Assembly: GCA_963729445.1 (NCBI GenBank)
Contig: CAVSNU010000003.1
Span: 1,100,816 to 1,164,815, forward strand
Direction: 5' to 3'
Source: an uncultured Chloroflexia bacterium
GTDB taxonomy: Bacteria > Chloroflexota > Chloroflexia > Thermomicrobiales > CFX8
DNA: 64,000 nucleotides
Position numbers and translations under genes: made by a program. The notes below the pieces were generated by a model, which was given only the letters and a program-made list of their open reading frames with translations, searched no databases and was not told the origin of the DNA. Below, piece after piece: positions 56,397 to 64,000 of the stretch (positions are counted from its first letter, which is position 1; each line of letters opens with the position of its first letter).

Positions 56397-56403
56397 GAAA
56401 GCC

Positions 56404-57513
56404 TCAGCTCGCCGCATGCTCCGCCCGCAGCTGCCCACAGGCCGCCCCAATGTCGACACCGCGCGAATAGCGCACCGTGGCCGGAATTCCGGCAGCCTCG
56501 ATGAAGCTGGTGAAGCGGTTGATCTTCTCAGGCGTGGGGCGGGCATAGGGTGCGGCCGGGGTTGGATTATAGGGGATGACGTTGACATGGCAGCGCAGCC
56601 CCCGCAACACGCTTGCCAGCTGCCGCGCGTCCTCATCGCTATCGTTGACGGTCGACATCAGCGCGTACTCAAACGACACTCTGCGGCCCGTCTGCTCGAT
56701 GTAGCGTCGTACCGCGCCGACCAGCTCGCGAATCGGCCAGCGCTCGTTGAGCGGGACGAGCCGGGAGCGCAGCTCGTCGGTGCCGGCATGAATGGAAATC
56801 GCCAGGTTCACCTGGTACGGCTCGGCGGCCAGCTTGTCGATAAACGGCACCACCCCGGAGGTCGAGACGGTGATGCGCCGTGCCCCGAAGTTCATACCGC
56901 TCTCGTCGTTAATGATGCCGATCATCTGCATGGTTGCAGCGTAATTGTGAAACGGCTCGCCCATGCCCATCATCACCAGGTTGGTCAAGGGACGCCCGGC
57001 CCCGCGCGAGCGGCGCGCGATATCCACCACCTGGGCGACCATCTCCCCGGCCGTCAGGTTGCGCTGCAAGCCACCCATGCCGGTCGCGCAGAACGAGCAA
57101 CCGACGGCACAGCCTACCTGGCAGGAGACGCAGACCGTCGCCCGGTCCGGGTAGAACATCAGCACCGTTTCGAGGGTGAGCTTGTCGGCCGTGCGATACA
57201 GCATCTTGACCGTCTCATTGTCGTCGGTATGGAGCTCGTAGACCGGATCAAGAACGGTAAGCGGCAGCTCGGCTGCGAGGATGTCCCGTAGATCCCTGGG
57301 AAGCACCGTCATCTCGTCATAGCTTGCGGCCAGATTATGGTAGAGCCAACGGAAGACCTGCCGAGCACGAAAGGCCGGCTGGCCGTGCTCTTCCATCCAG
57401 GCGGTGAGCTCGTCCAGGGTGAAATCGTAGACGCTCTTCCGGCGGCCCCGACGTGTCATGAGCTCGATTGGTTGGGTCATGGTTGGTGTGTTGGACGTAT
57501 CTAGATCATTCAT
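56404..57513 (-). CDS. rlmN: 23S rRNA/tRNA adenine-C2 methyltransferase, radical SAM
   Basis: The Cx3Cx2C motif is in VSCQVGCAVGCSFCATG, and the sequence is RlmN-like throughout. The ATG is at 57513. Confidence 0.9.
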   Translation of the reverse strand: MNDLDTSNTPTMTQPIELMTRRGRRKSVYDFTLDELTAWMEEHGQPAFRARQVFRWLYHNLAASYDEMTVLPRDLRDILAAELPLTVLDPVYELHTDDNETVKMLYRTADKLTLETVLMFYPDRATVCVSCQVGCAVGCSFCATGMGGLQRNLTAGEMVAQVVDIARRSRGAGRPLTNLVMMGMGEPFHNYAATMQMIGIINDESGMNFGARRITVSTSGVVPFIDKLAAEPYQVNLAISIHAGTDELRSRLVPLNERWPIRELVGAVRRYIEQTGRRVSFEYALMSTVNDSDEDARQLASVLRGLRCHVNVIPYNPTPAAPYARPTPEKINRFTSFIEAAGIPATVRYSRGVDIGAACGQLRAEHAAS

Positions 57514-58060
57514 GGCGCTAAGGATACCGTTTTCAGCGCTCCGCGCCTGTGGTGACCGGTTGACAGGAGCGCCCAAACTCCGTATTCTACGCGCGGTCCA
57601 GCAGCGAGCTGGATCATGACGCATTACGCTAGAGAGTCGGCCGCATGAATACCACCTTCGGAACCCTGCCCAGTGCCGCCACCGCGTTGGCCCGCGGTTA
57701 AGCAGGACGTCGGTTCTATTCCCCGGTATTCAGAATACGGTGACACCCATGACCCGATCATGGTGTCCTCGCCATAGCTGACACACCCTCTCCGTAACCT
57801 GACGCTCCAGCTTGATTCGCGGGCGGCGCAACGCCCGTGGATTCATGCTGTCCGGCGTTGGATTGAGTCGTTCAGATCCCCTCCGCCTTCAGCACGTCTC
57901 CACACTCTGGCCAGTGGCCGGCGCGATTGGCGTGCCCGCCATTCCAACGTTGTACCGAGTATGACCCGAGAACATGGAGGCTCTGAGATGACACCCACGA
58001 GTGCGCTTGATGCTCACACCATCCGGTATCTGATGTTGACGCAGACTGGAGAGCATCACC

Positions 58061-58570
58061 TTGGCATCAAGGCGACGAGGAGAGGTGTCCTACGACACCG
58101 ATTACGACAACGACGAGAATGAAGAGCTCAACGAGCGCCCGAAGCGCAGGCCCGGCAAACGATTTCGGGAGGAGGGGACACTCTCCCGGCGTGAGGAGCG
58201 CCGGCGCGACCGGCGCAGGGTTGAAATCAGCAAGCCGTTCAAGTGCAGGAACTGTAAGGCGTTCATCGGCCTGCCGCTCACCGGTGGCCGTCAGCGAAAC
58301 CACTGCCCCAACTGCCTGTACTCGCTGCACGTCGACGGCAAGACCCCCGGCGACCGTGCCAGCGACTGCCGGTCACTCATGGCCCCGGCCGGAACGTTCG
58401 TCCGGCGAAAGGGCGAACAGGTGCTCCTGCATCGCTGTCTGGGTTGTGGCTTCGAGCGCCACAATCGGATAGCCGCGGACGACAACCCGCTGCTCCTGAT
58501 GCGGCTCGACCTGTTAGAGCCGCGCCCCAGCCGCCCGTGGCAAGAGAATGAGGACGCTGTGACGGCATAA
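58061..58570 (+). CDS. RNHCP-domain zinc-ribbon protein with highly charged N-terminus
   Basis: CRNC....RNHCPNCLYSLHVD....CLGCG. The TTG start at 58061 follows GGAGAG, so the start is uncertain. Confidence 0.65.
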   Translation: MASRRRGEVSYDTDYDNDENEELNERPKRRPGKRFREEGTLSRREERRRDRRRVEISKPFKCRNCKAFIGLPLTGGRQRNHCPNCLYSLHVDGKTPGDRASDCRSLMAPAGTFVRRKGEQVLLHRCLGCGFERHNRIAADDNPLLLMRLDLLEPRPSRPWQENEDAVTA

Positions 58571-58652
58571 GTGAGTCCGGCGCGACCGAGATGGTCGCGC
58601 CGGATCGTTTTTTTGTGCGGTGACTCGCCGTTCGAACGGGACCAGGTGGCAG

Positions 58653-59054
58653 TCAACAGGATGGATCGAGCGGCGGCCTGGACAGGAGATCTTCAACCGC
58701 CGCGATCAACTGCGGTAGCTTGAACGGCTTGGGTACAAACCCTTCAGCGCCAATCTCCTGCGCGAAGCGGCAGCCGCCCTCTGAACCGCTGATGACGACG
58801 ATCGGCGTTGTGAAACCGCGAGCGCGCAGCTCCTGAGCAAAGCCGGGGCCATCGAGACCCGGCATCGCCTTGTCAAGCAAGACTATCGCGGGCTGTGCTT
58901 CGTCGACAATAGCGAGCGCGACCGATCCATCAGGAGCAGTGACCACAGAGTGCCCTTCCATTTCGAGAACGGCAGCCACAAGCGCGCGCAGGCCTGGGTC
59001 ATCGTCGACCACCAGTATGGGTGCGTGGGCAGGCATGGCGCCTTTTCTCGACAT
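58653..59054 (-). CDS. single-domain response regulator (CheY-like receiver)
   Basis: ILVVDDDPGLRALV...VLLDKAMPGLDG...VVISG...KPF. The start is 59054 or 59036. Confidence 0.85.
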   Translation of the reverse strand: MSRKGAMPAHAPILVVDDDPGLRALVAAVLEMEGHSVVTAPDGSVALAIVDEAQPAIVLLDKAMPGLDGPGFAQELRARGFTTPIVVISGSEGGCRFAQEIGAEGFVPKPFKLPQLIAAVEDLLSRPPLDPSC

Positions 59055-59424
59055 TGACCTGCAACCCCTCGTTTGGCATGTCGTCATGGTTACCACAATA
59101 TACTGCTGCACCCCATTGTATCCCGGTATCCCCACCCAGGACGTGCAGGTATGTGGCGCGACCTTCGTTGATCCGCCTCACCCTACACGATGACAATAAG
59201 AAGCCGCCGTGTCTATCGTTTCACTCATGGGCCTGAGTTGTGTGCGTGTTGATCCCCAGGCACGATTGAGCGGTTCTTGGATCGCTCCTGAATGACCCGG
59301 TTGAAGCAAGATCATCGTCCAAAACAACCATTTCGCTGTGCGAGAACTTCCTGCTGAGACACGGGAGAGCCGAGCAAGTACAATGCGATGGTAGCGGAAA
59401 TAACCCGGTTATGAGGGGACAAGG

Positions 59425-62400
59425 ATGTCGCAAAAGCCACCGGACCCGGAGCGCGAGCCATCCACCTCGTCACGGGTTACGCCTGATTCCCATTTTTGCG
59501 AAGGCACGGCTGACGCGGGGGCGCGTGGGCGGGCAGCAAGCCTGGCGCCGGCCGGGTACGCGTCTCTGATGCTCTCCGCCATCTCTGAAGCCGTCATCGC
59601 CGCCGATTTTCAAGGCAACATCCTGCACTGGAATCCAGCCGCGGAAGACTTTTACGGCTGGCCGGCCGGGGAGGCCCTGGGCGGCAACCTTCTGGAGCTG
59701 ATCCGCAGCGAGCCTATTCGCTCCGCCGCTGCCCAGGCACTGGAGACCATGCGCGAGCGAGACACCTGGACTCGCGAGATCACTGTCCAGCGCAAAGATG
59801 GCAGCGAGTTCCCGGCACAGGTGACACTCTCTCGGATCCAGGACGAACACGGTGCGCCGATCGGCGTTGTTGCTGTGTTAACCGACCTGACCGAACGGAA
59901 CCGCATTGAACGGGAGCGCCAACTGCTGCTCAGCGGAGCGCAAGTCGCCCGCATCCAGGCCGCAGACCTTCAGGCACGTGCCGAGCGGCTGCTTGGGATC
60001 ACCGCCGCATACTCCAGAGCGCGCACACTCGATGAAGTCGTCAAGGTCACGATGGAAGTGGGAGTGGCCGCACTCGGCGCAAATGCGGGCAGCATTCTGC
60101 TGACGAACGCCAGCGGTGACGCGCTGGACCTGGTTGAGACGACCGGAGACGCGCCGCACATCGAGCGCTGGAGAGATCAGGCGGTGCCACTCGATGCCGG
60201 ACTCCCATTCACGGATGCGGTGCTGCGACAGGAGTCGATCTGGATCAGCGGCCGTGAGGAGATGCTGGAGCGATATCCCGCGATCAGCGCTCTGGATGCG
60301 GCAGACCAGGACGGGATCGTCGCCTTACCACTCATTGCCAGCGGGCGCACCTTCGGTGTCATCGTCCTCAGTTATGCGCCAACGGGGGAGTTTCCAGCGG
60401 ACGAGCGCGTGTTCGCCGAGACGGTGGCGCGCTTTTGCGCGCAGGCACTCGAGCGCGCCTGGCTCTTTGCCCGGGAGCGCGGCGCTCGGCTCGAAGCGGA
60501 CGCGGCGCAACGTCGAGCCGCGGGATTGCTCCGGGTAACCGCGGCGCTGTCACGAGCCCTTACCCCACAGGAGGTCTGCACCGTTGCGATCGATCAGGGC
60601 CTTGAGGCATTGGATATCGACGCGGGGCTTGTTGCGCTGTCCACACCCGACGGGAGCGAGCTGACGATCACCCAGAGCAGCGGCTATCCTACGGATATTA
60701 TCGACCGCTGGTCCGCCGAAACCATTCCGATCGACCTCCCATTGCCCCTCACGGACGCGGTCAGGACAGGGGAGCCCCTCTGGATACGCTCGCGCGACGA
60801 GATGCTGGAGCGCTATCCATCGATGGTTGACCGGCCGCCGGTTGTCTCGGGAGCCTTCGCCGCGATACCGCTCAGTGCCGGCACTCGCAAGCTGGGAGCA
60901 CTCGGGCTCACCTATCGGACGGCGGGCGACATCGCCGAATCCGAGCGCACCTACATTCTGACGCTCGCCAGACTCTGCTCGCAGGCGCTTGAGCGGGCTT
61001 ACCTGTTTGCCGCGGAGCGTGATGCCCGGGTCGAGGCGGAGCAAGCTCAGCAGCGGCTGAGCCTTCTCGCTGAAGCCGGCGAGCTGTTCATCAGCTCCCC
61101 AGACATGAATGACACCCTGACGGCGATCGCCAGGCTTATCGTGCCCAAGGTGGCCGACTGGTGCGCGATTGACACTGTTGGCGACAGAGGTCTGCCAGAA
61201 CGCATCACCGTCATGCATGTCGACCCGGAAAAAGTGCGCTGGGCAGACGAGCTGCAACGCCACGTGCCCTTTGATCCACAAGCTCCAGGCGGCCTCGCAC
61301 GCGTCCTCCGCACCGGAGAGCCGGTGTTCTACCCGGTTATAACCGACGACATGCTCGTCGCCCTCGCGCGAGACGACGAACAGCTCAAATTAATCCGCGC
61401 TGTCGGGTTCTCGTCCGCCTTGATCGTGCCGCTGATCGCCCGTGGACGCACCCTGGGCGCGATCACGCTGGTGCACGCTGAGTCCGGGCGTCACTACACA
61501 GCCGAAGATCTCGCATTGACCGAGAACCTGGCCTACCGGGCTGCGCTAGCACTTGATAATGCGCGTCTCTACGAGCAGGCCCAGGAGCACGCCCTGCGGA
61601 AGGATGCGCTCGCCAGCGTGTCGCAGGCATTCGCTGAAGCCAGCCTGGATCTGACAGCCGTGCTGGAGACATGCAGCCGCGAGGTTGCGCAGCTGGTCGG
61701 CGACAGCGCGATCATCCGCTTGCCGTCAGAAGATGGTCTCTGGCTACATCCCGTGGCGATCTACGACCGGAATCCCGAGGCTGAAACCGCGCTGCGTGAA
61801 CTGCACGCAGAAAACCCCTTGCGTTGGGGAGAGGGCATCACTGGCCAGGTTGCCAACACTGGCGAACCGCTCTTGATTCCGGAAACCTCGCCAGACGAGA
61901 TGTTCTCGATCGTCAAACCCGCATACCGGACCTGGAGCCAGAAGTTCGGCATGTATGGGGTTCTGATTGTCCCGATGAGCCGGGGGAAGCAAGTCGTCGG
62001 CACCATCGCGCTCTTCCGCTCTACCCCCGGGCGGCCTTACACCGAGGCCGACAAGCAATTTGTCCAGGAAATCGCCGACCGGGCTGCGATGGCCGTTGAG
62101 AATGCACAGCTGTACCGCCAGGCACAGAGGGCGGTTCAGCTGCGCGAGGAGTTTCTATCGATCGCCTCGCACGAGATCCGCACCCCACTCACAACGATTA
62201 CCGGGTTCGCCCACCTCTTGACCCGCCAACTGGCCCAGGACACGATCGACCCTGAACGAATCGATTCTGTCACCCACCGTTTGCTGCATGAGGCGCAGCG
62301 GCTAAACCAGATCGTGACCGATCTTCTGGATGTCACGCGGATCCAGCAAGGACACCTGGATCTGCGGCCGGAACCCTGCGATCTCAGCAGCCTGGCCCAC

Positions 62401-62829
62401 CAGGTTGTCGACCGGTTAGGCATTGCTCAGGAGCGCGACAACCGGCGCGAGATCGTCGTCCAGGCGCCCGTTCCGGTTGTCGGAGAGTGGGATGCTGCCC
62501 GGCTGGACCAGGTGCTGACGAACTTGCTCTCAAACGCCCTGAAGTACTCTCTGGAAGGTCCGATCCAGGTGACCGTGGAACAGGACGGCACGAGTGCAGT
62601 CTTGACTGTCCGAGACCAGGGCGTTGGCATCCCGGAAGATCAGCAAGCCAAGCTGTTCGAGCCCTTTGTGCGCGGCGACACCGCCCATCACTCCTCCGGA
62701 GGGGCAGGTCTGGGGCTGTACATCACGCGCCAGATCGTCGAGGGCCATCAGGGTACGATCGACCTCAGCAGCCGGCCTGGTGAAGGAGCCGTTTTCACTG
62801 TCCGCCTACCGTTTCAAGAAACGGAATAG
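59425..62829 (+). CDS. cytoplasmic multi-domain sensor histidine kinase (PAS, about four GAF domains, HisKA, HATPase_c)
   Basis: The PAS region includes AVIAADFQGNILHWNPAAEDFYGW. Four GAF-like units each end in ERAWLFA/ERAYLFA/DNARLYE/ENAQLYR. The H-box is SHEIRTPL (His codon 62170-62172), with N box LLSNALKY, G1 DQGVGI and G2 GGAGLGL. I saw no TM segments. Confidence 0.9.
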   Translation: MSQKPPDPEREPSTSSRVTPDSHFCEGTADAGARGRAASLAPAGYASLMLSAISEAVIAADFQGNILHWNPAAEDFYGWPAGEALGGNLLELIRSEPIRSAAAQALETMRERDTWTREITVQRKDGSEFPAQVTLSRIQDEHGAPIGVVAVLTDLTERNRIERERQLLLSGAQVARIQAADLQARAERLLGITAAYSRARTLDEVVKVTMEVGVAALGANAGSILLTNASGDALDLVETTGDAPHIERWRDQAVPLDAGLPFTDAVLRQESIWISGREEMLERYPAISALDAADQDGIVALPLIASGRTFGVIVLSYAPTGEFPADERVFAETVARFCAQALERAWLFARERGARLEADAAQRRAAGLLRVTAALSRALTPQEVCTVAIDQGLEALDIDAGLVALSTPDGSELTITQSSGYPTDIIDRWSAETIPIDLPLPLTDAVRTGEPLWIRSRDEMLERYPSMVDRPPVVSGAFAAIPLSAGTRKLGALGLTYRTAGDIAESERTYILTLARLCSQALERAYLFAAERDARVEAEQAQQRLSLLAEAGELFISSPDMNDTLTAIARLIVPKVADWCAIDTVGDRGLPERITVMHVDPEKVRWADELQRHVPFDPQAPGGLARVLRTGEPVFYPVITDDMLVALARDDEQLKLIRAVGFSSALIVPLIARGRTLGAITLVHAESGRHYTAEDLALTENLAYRAALALDNARLYEQAQEHALRKDALASVSQAFAEASLDLTAVLETCSREVAQLVGDSAIIRLPSEDGLWLHPVAIYDRNPEAETALRELHAENPLRWGEGITGQVANTGEPLLIPETSPDEMFSIVKPAYRTWSQKFGMYGVLIVPMSRGKQVVGTIALFRSTPGRPYTEADKQFVQEIADRAAMAVENAQLYRQAQRAVQLREEFLSIASHEIRTPLTTITGFAHLLTRQLAQDTIDPERIDSVTHRLLHEAQRLNQIVTDLLDVTRIQQGHLDLRPEPCDLSSLAHQVVDRLGIAQERDNRREIVVQAPVPVVGEWDAARLDQVLTNLLSNALKYSLEGPIQVTVEQDGTSAVLTVRDQGVGIPEDQQAKLFEPFVRGDTAHHSSGGAGLGLYITRQIVEGHQGTIDLSSRPGEGAVFTVRLPFQETE

Positions 62830-62971
62830 AGCGCTCACACGACAGTTCCTCTCAACACAAACCTGAACAAACCGGAAGCTATTCGAAAAGGTATTCACGT
62901 ATCGGTGTCACATTGTGGCTCTAAAGTACAGGTGGAGGAGAGTCACACCGCTGCTGTCCTCTTCCTTACTA

Positions 62972-63010
62972 GGTTGCCCCCGGTTGCCCAGGCCGGGGGC
63001 AACCTGTTTT
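62972..63010 (+). terminator. canonical intrinsic terminator
   Basis: GGTTGCCCCCGG (62972-62983) and CCGGGGGCAACC (62993-63004) form a perfect 12-bp stem, followed by TGTTTT. Confidence 0.7.
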
Positions 63011-63020
63011 CCAGCAGCCA

Positions 63021-63974
63021 GTGTCGGCGGCGATCGTCTATGATTCGGCCCAACCCAGAGCTCGCCGAGCGCAGACGACACGGGAGGCACTGTTGGCAGC
63101 TCAAGAAGCAACCGCCAGAGACGCCGGGGTCGCAGGCGCGTCTGCGCCTGAGCGCTCGCCGGCCATCGTCATCCAGCCATCCAGCGGCTGGGCAGCGCTG
63201 CAGATCGGCGAGGTCTGGCGCTATCGCGAGCTGCTCTATTTCCTCACCTGGCGCGACCTGAAGCTCCGCTACAAGCAGACGTTGATCGGCGCGGCTTGGG
63301 CCGTCATCCAGCCGTTCATGACCATGGTGGTCTTCGCCGTCATCTTTGGCCGGCTTGTCGGTGTGCCTTCTGACGGAGTGCCGTACCCAGTGTTCGCCTA
63401 CGCCGCACTCGTGCCCTGGACATTTTTTGCCATGTCAATGAACCAGGCGGGCATGAGCCTGGTACGCGACTCCAACTTGATCTCCAAGATCTACTTTCCC
63501 AGACTGGTTGCGCCCATCGCCAGTGTGCTGTCCGGCGTCGTGGACTTCGCCGTCGCCTTGTGCGTGCTGCTGGGACTGATGGCGTATTACGGCATCGTAC
63601 CCGGGTTGGCAGTAGTGACGATTCCTTTCTTCCTGCTGCTGGCGCTCATGTCGGCACTGGGCGTCAGCCTCTGGCTCTCCGCACTCAACGTCAAGTATCG
63701 TGACGTCCGTTACACCATCCCATTTCTCACCCAGTTCTGGCTCTACGCGACGCCGGTGGCCTATCCGAGCAGCCTGATCCCGGAAACGTGGCAGCCGCTC
63801 TTCGGGTTAAATCCCATGGCCGGGGTGATCGAGGGGTTCCGCTGGGCGCTGCTCGGCACCGCGGACCCGCCGGGCGCAATGATCGCCGTCTCGGCCAGCA
63901 TCGTGGTCGCGATCTTTGTCGGCGGACTGTTCTTCTTCAGACGCATGGAGCGGGACTTCGCCGATGTTATCTAG
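63021..63974 (+). CDS. ABC-2 type exporter permease (Wzm/TagG-like polysaccharide or teichoic acid export)
   Basis: WRYRELLYFLTWRDLKLRYKQTLIGAAWAVIQPF plus six hydrophobic segments. The GTG start gives a long N-terminal extension, so the true start may be downstream. Confidence 0.85.
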   Translation: MSAAIVYDSAQPRARRAQTTREALLAAQEATARDAGVAGASAPERSPAIVIQPSSGWAALQIGEVWRYRELLYFLTWRDLKLRYKQTLIGAAWAVIQPFMTMVVFAVIFGRLVGVPSDGVPYPVFAYAALVPWTFFAMSMNQAGMSLVRDSNLISKIYFPRLVAPIASVLSGVVDFAVALCVLLGLMAYYGIVPGLAVVTIPFFLLLALMSALGVSLWLSALNVKYRDVRYTIPFLTQFWLYATPVAYPSSLIPETWQPLFGLNPMAGVIEGFRWALLGTADPPGAMIAVSASIVVAIFVGGLFFFRRMERDFADVI

Positions 63975-64000
63975 GGCAGCCCTCACTCCCCGCTGCGATC

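Noticed and set aside
54646-57291. Long plus-strand ORFs 54646-55800 and 56188-57291
   Set aside because: They are antisense to the DUF2207 gene and rlmN respectively.
57645-57701. 18-aa ORF (MNTTFGTLPSAATALARG) beside the radical SAM gene as a RiPP precursor
   Set aside because: The radical SAM enzyme is a clear RlmN ortholog and not a peptide maturase. There is no SD, and no transporter or protease context.

Overview
High-GC bacterial chromosomal window. Gene content and repeat vocabulary fit a Chloroflexota (Thermomicrobia-like) genome best, but that is inference only. I count about 50 protein genes and saw no rRNA, tRNA or CRISPR array. Left to right: thrB (partial, runs off the window, absent from the ORF track) and thrC. 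A Dpp/Opp-type ABC importer has two permeases, four tandem paralogous family-5 solute-binding Tat-lipoproteins and no ATPase genes; the permease-proximal paralog is broken by a 2-bp insertion. An IS110-family element with a frameshifted transposase sits in a hairpin-repeat junction. Then hyuA (intact) and hyuB (multiply frameshifted); a GalT/HIT-like protein; accD-accA; a c-type cytochrome lipoprotein; and an M42 peptidase with PucR- and MocR-type regulators. A XerD-like recombinase lies behind a near-consensus promoter carrying an SOS-box-like site. Next come ADP-ribosylglycohydrolase, a SixA-like phosphatase, an MFS transporter, DinB proteins and an RmlA-like nucleotidyltransferase; a frameshifted M14 peptidase and PrsW-like protease; and a BNR lipoprotein and VOC protein. 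These are followed by an excisionase-type HTH protein, ferredoxin, PQQ sugar dehydrogenase and serine hydrolase; a 0.7-kb repeat island; tandemly duplicated cold-shock genes; and an FAD monooxygenase. An envelope cluster follows (murJ, hldC-like, hldA-like, Zn-ribbon membrane protein, tagA-like). The window ends with an APH-type kinase, DUF2207 protein, DEDDh exonuclease, rlmN, RNHCP protein, CheY-like regulator, a PAS-4xGAF histidine kinase and an ABC-2 exporter permease. The most unusual content is non-coding: at least four modular, mutually nesting hairpin-repeat families. In addition, five genes are disrupted by small indels, which is either real decay or assembly error. I found no convincing novel multi-gene system and no defence-island-like cluster. 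The best leads are the IS110 element with its candidate bridge-RNA region, two near-consensus promoters with GAAC-N4-GT(T/A)(T/C) boxes, the SBP paralog array with gene conversion, and the repeat architecture.
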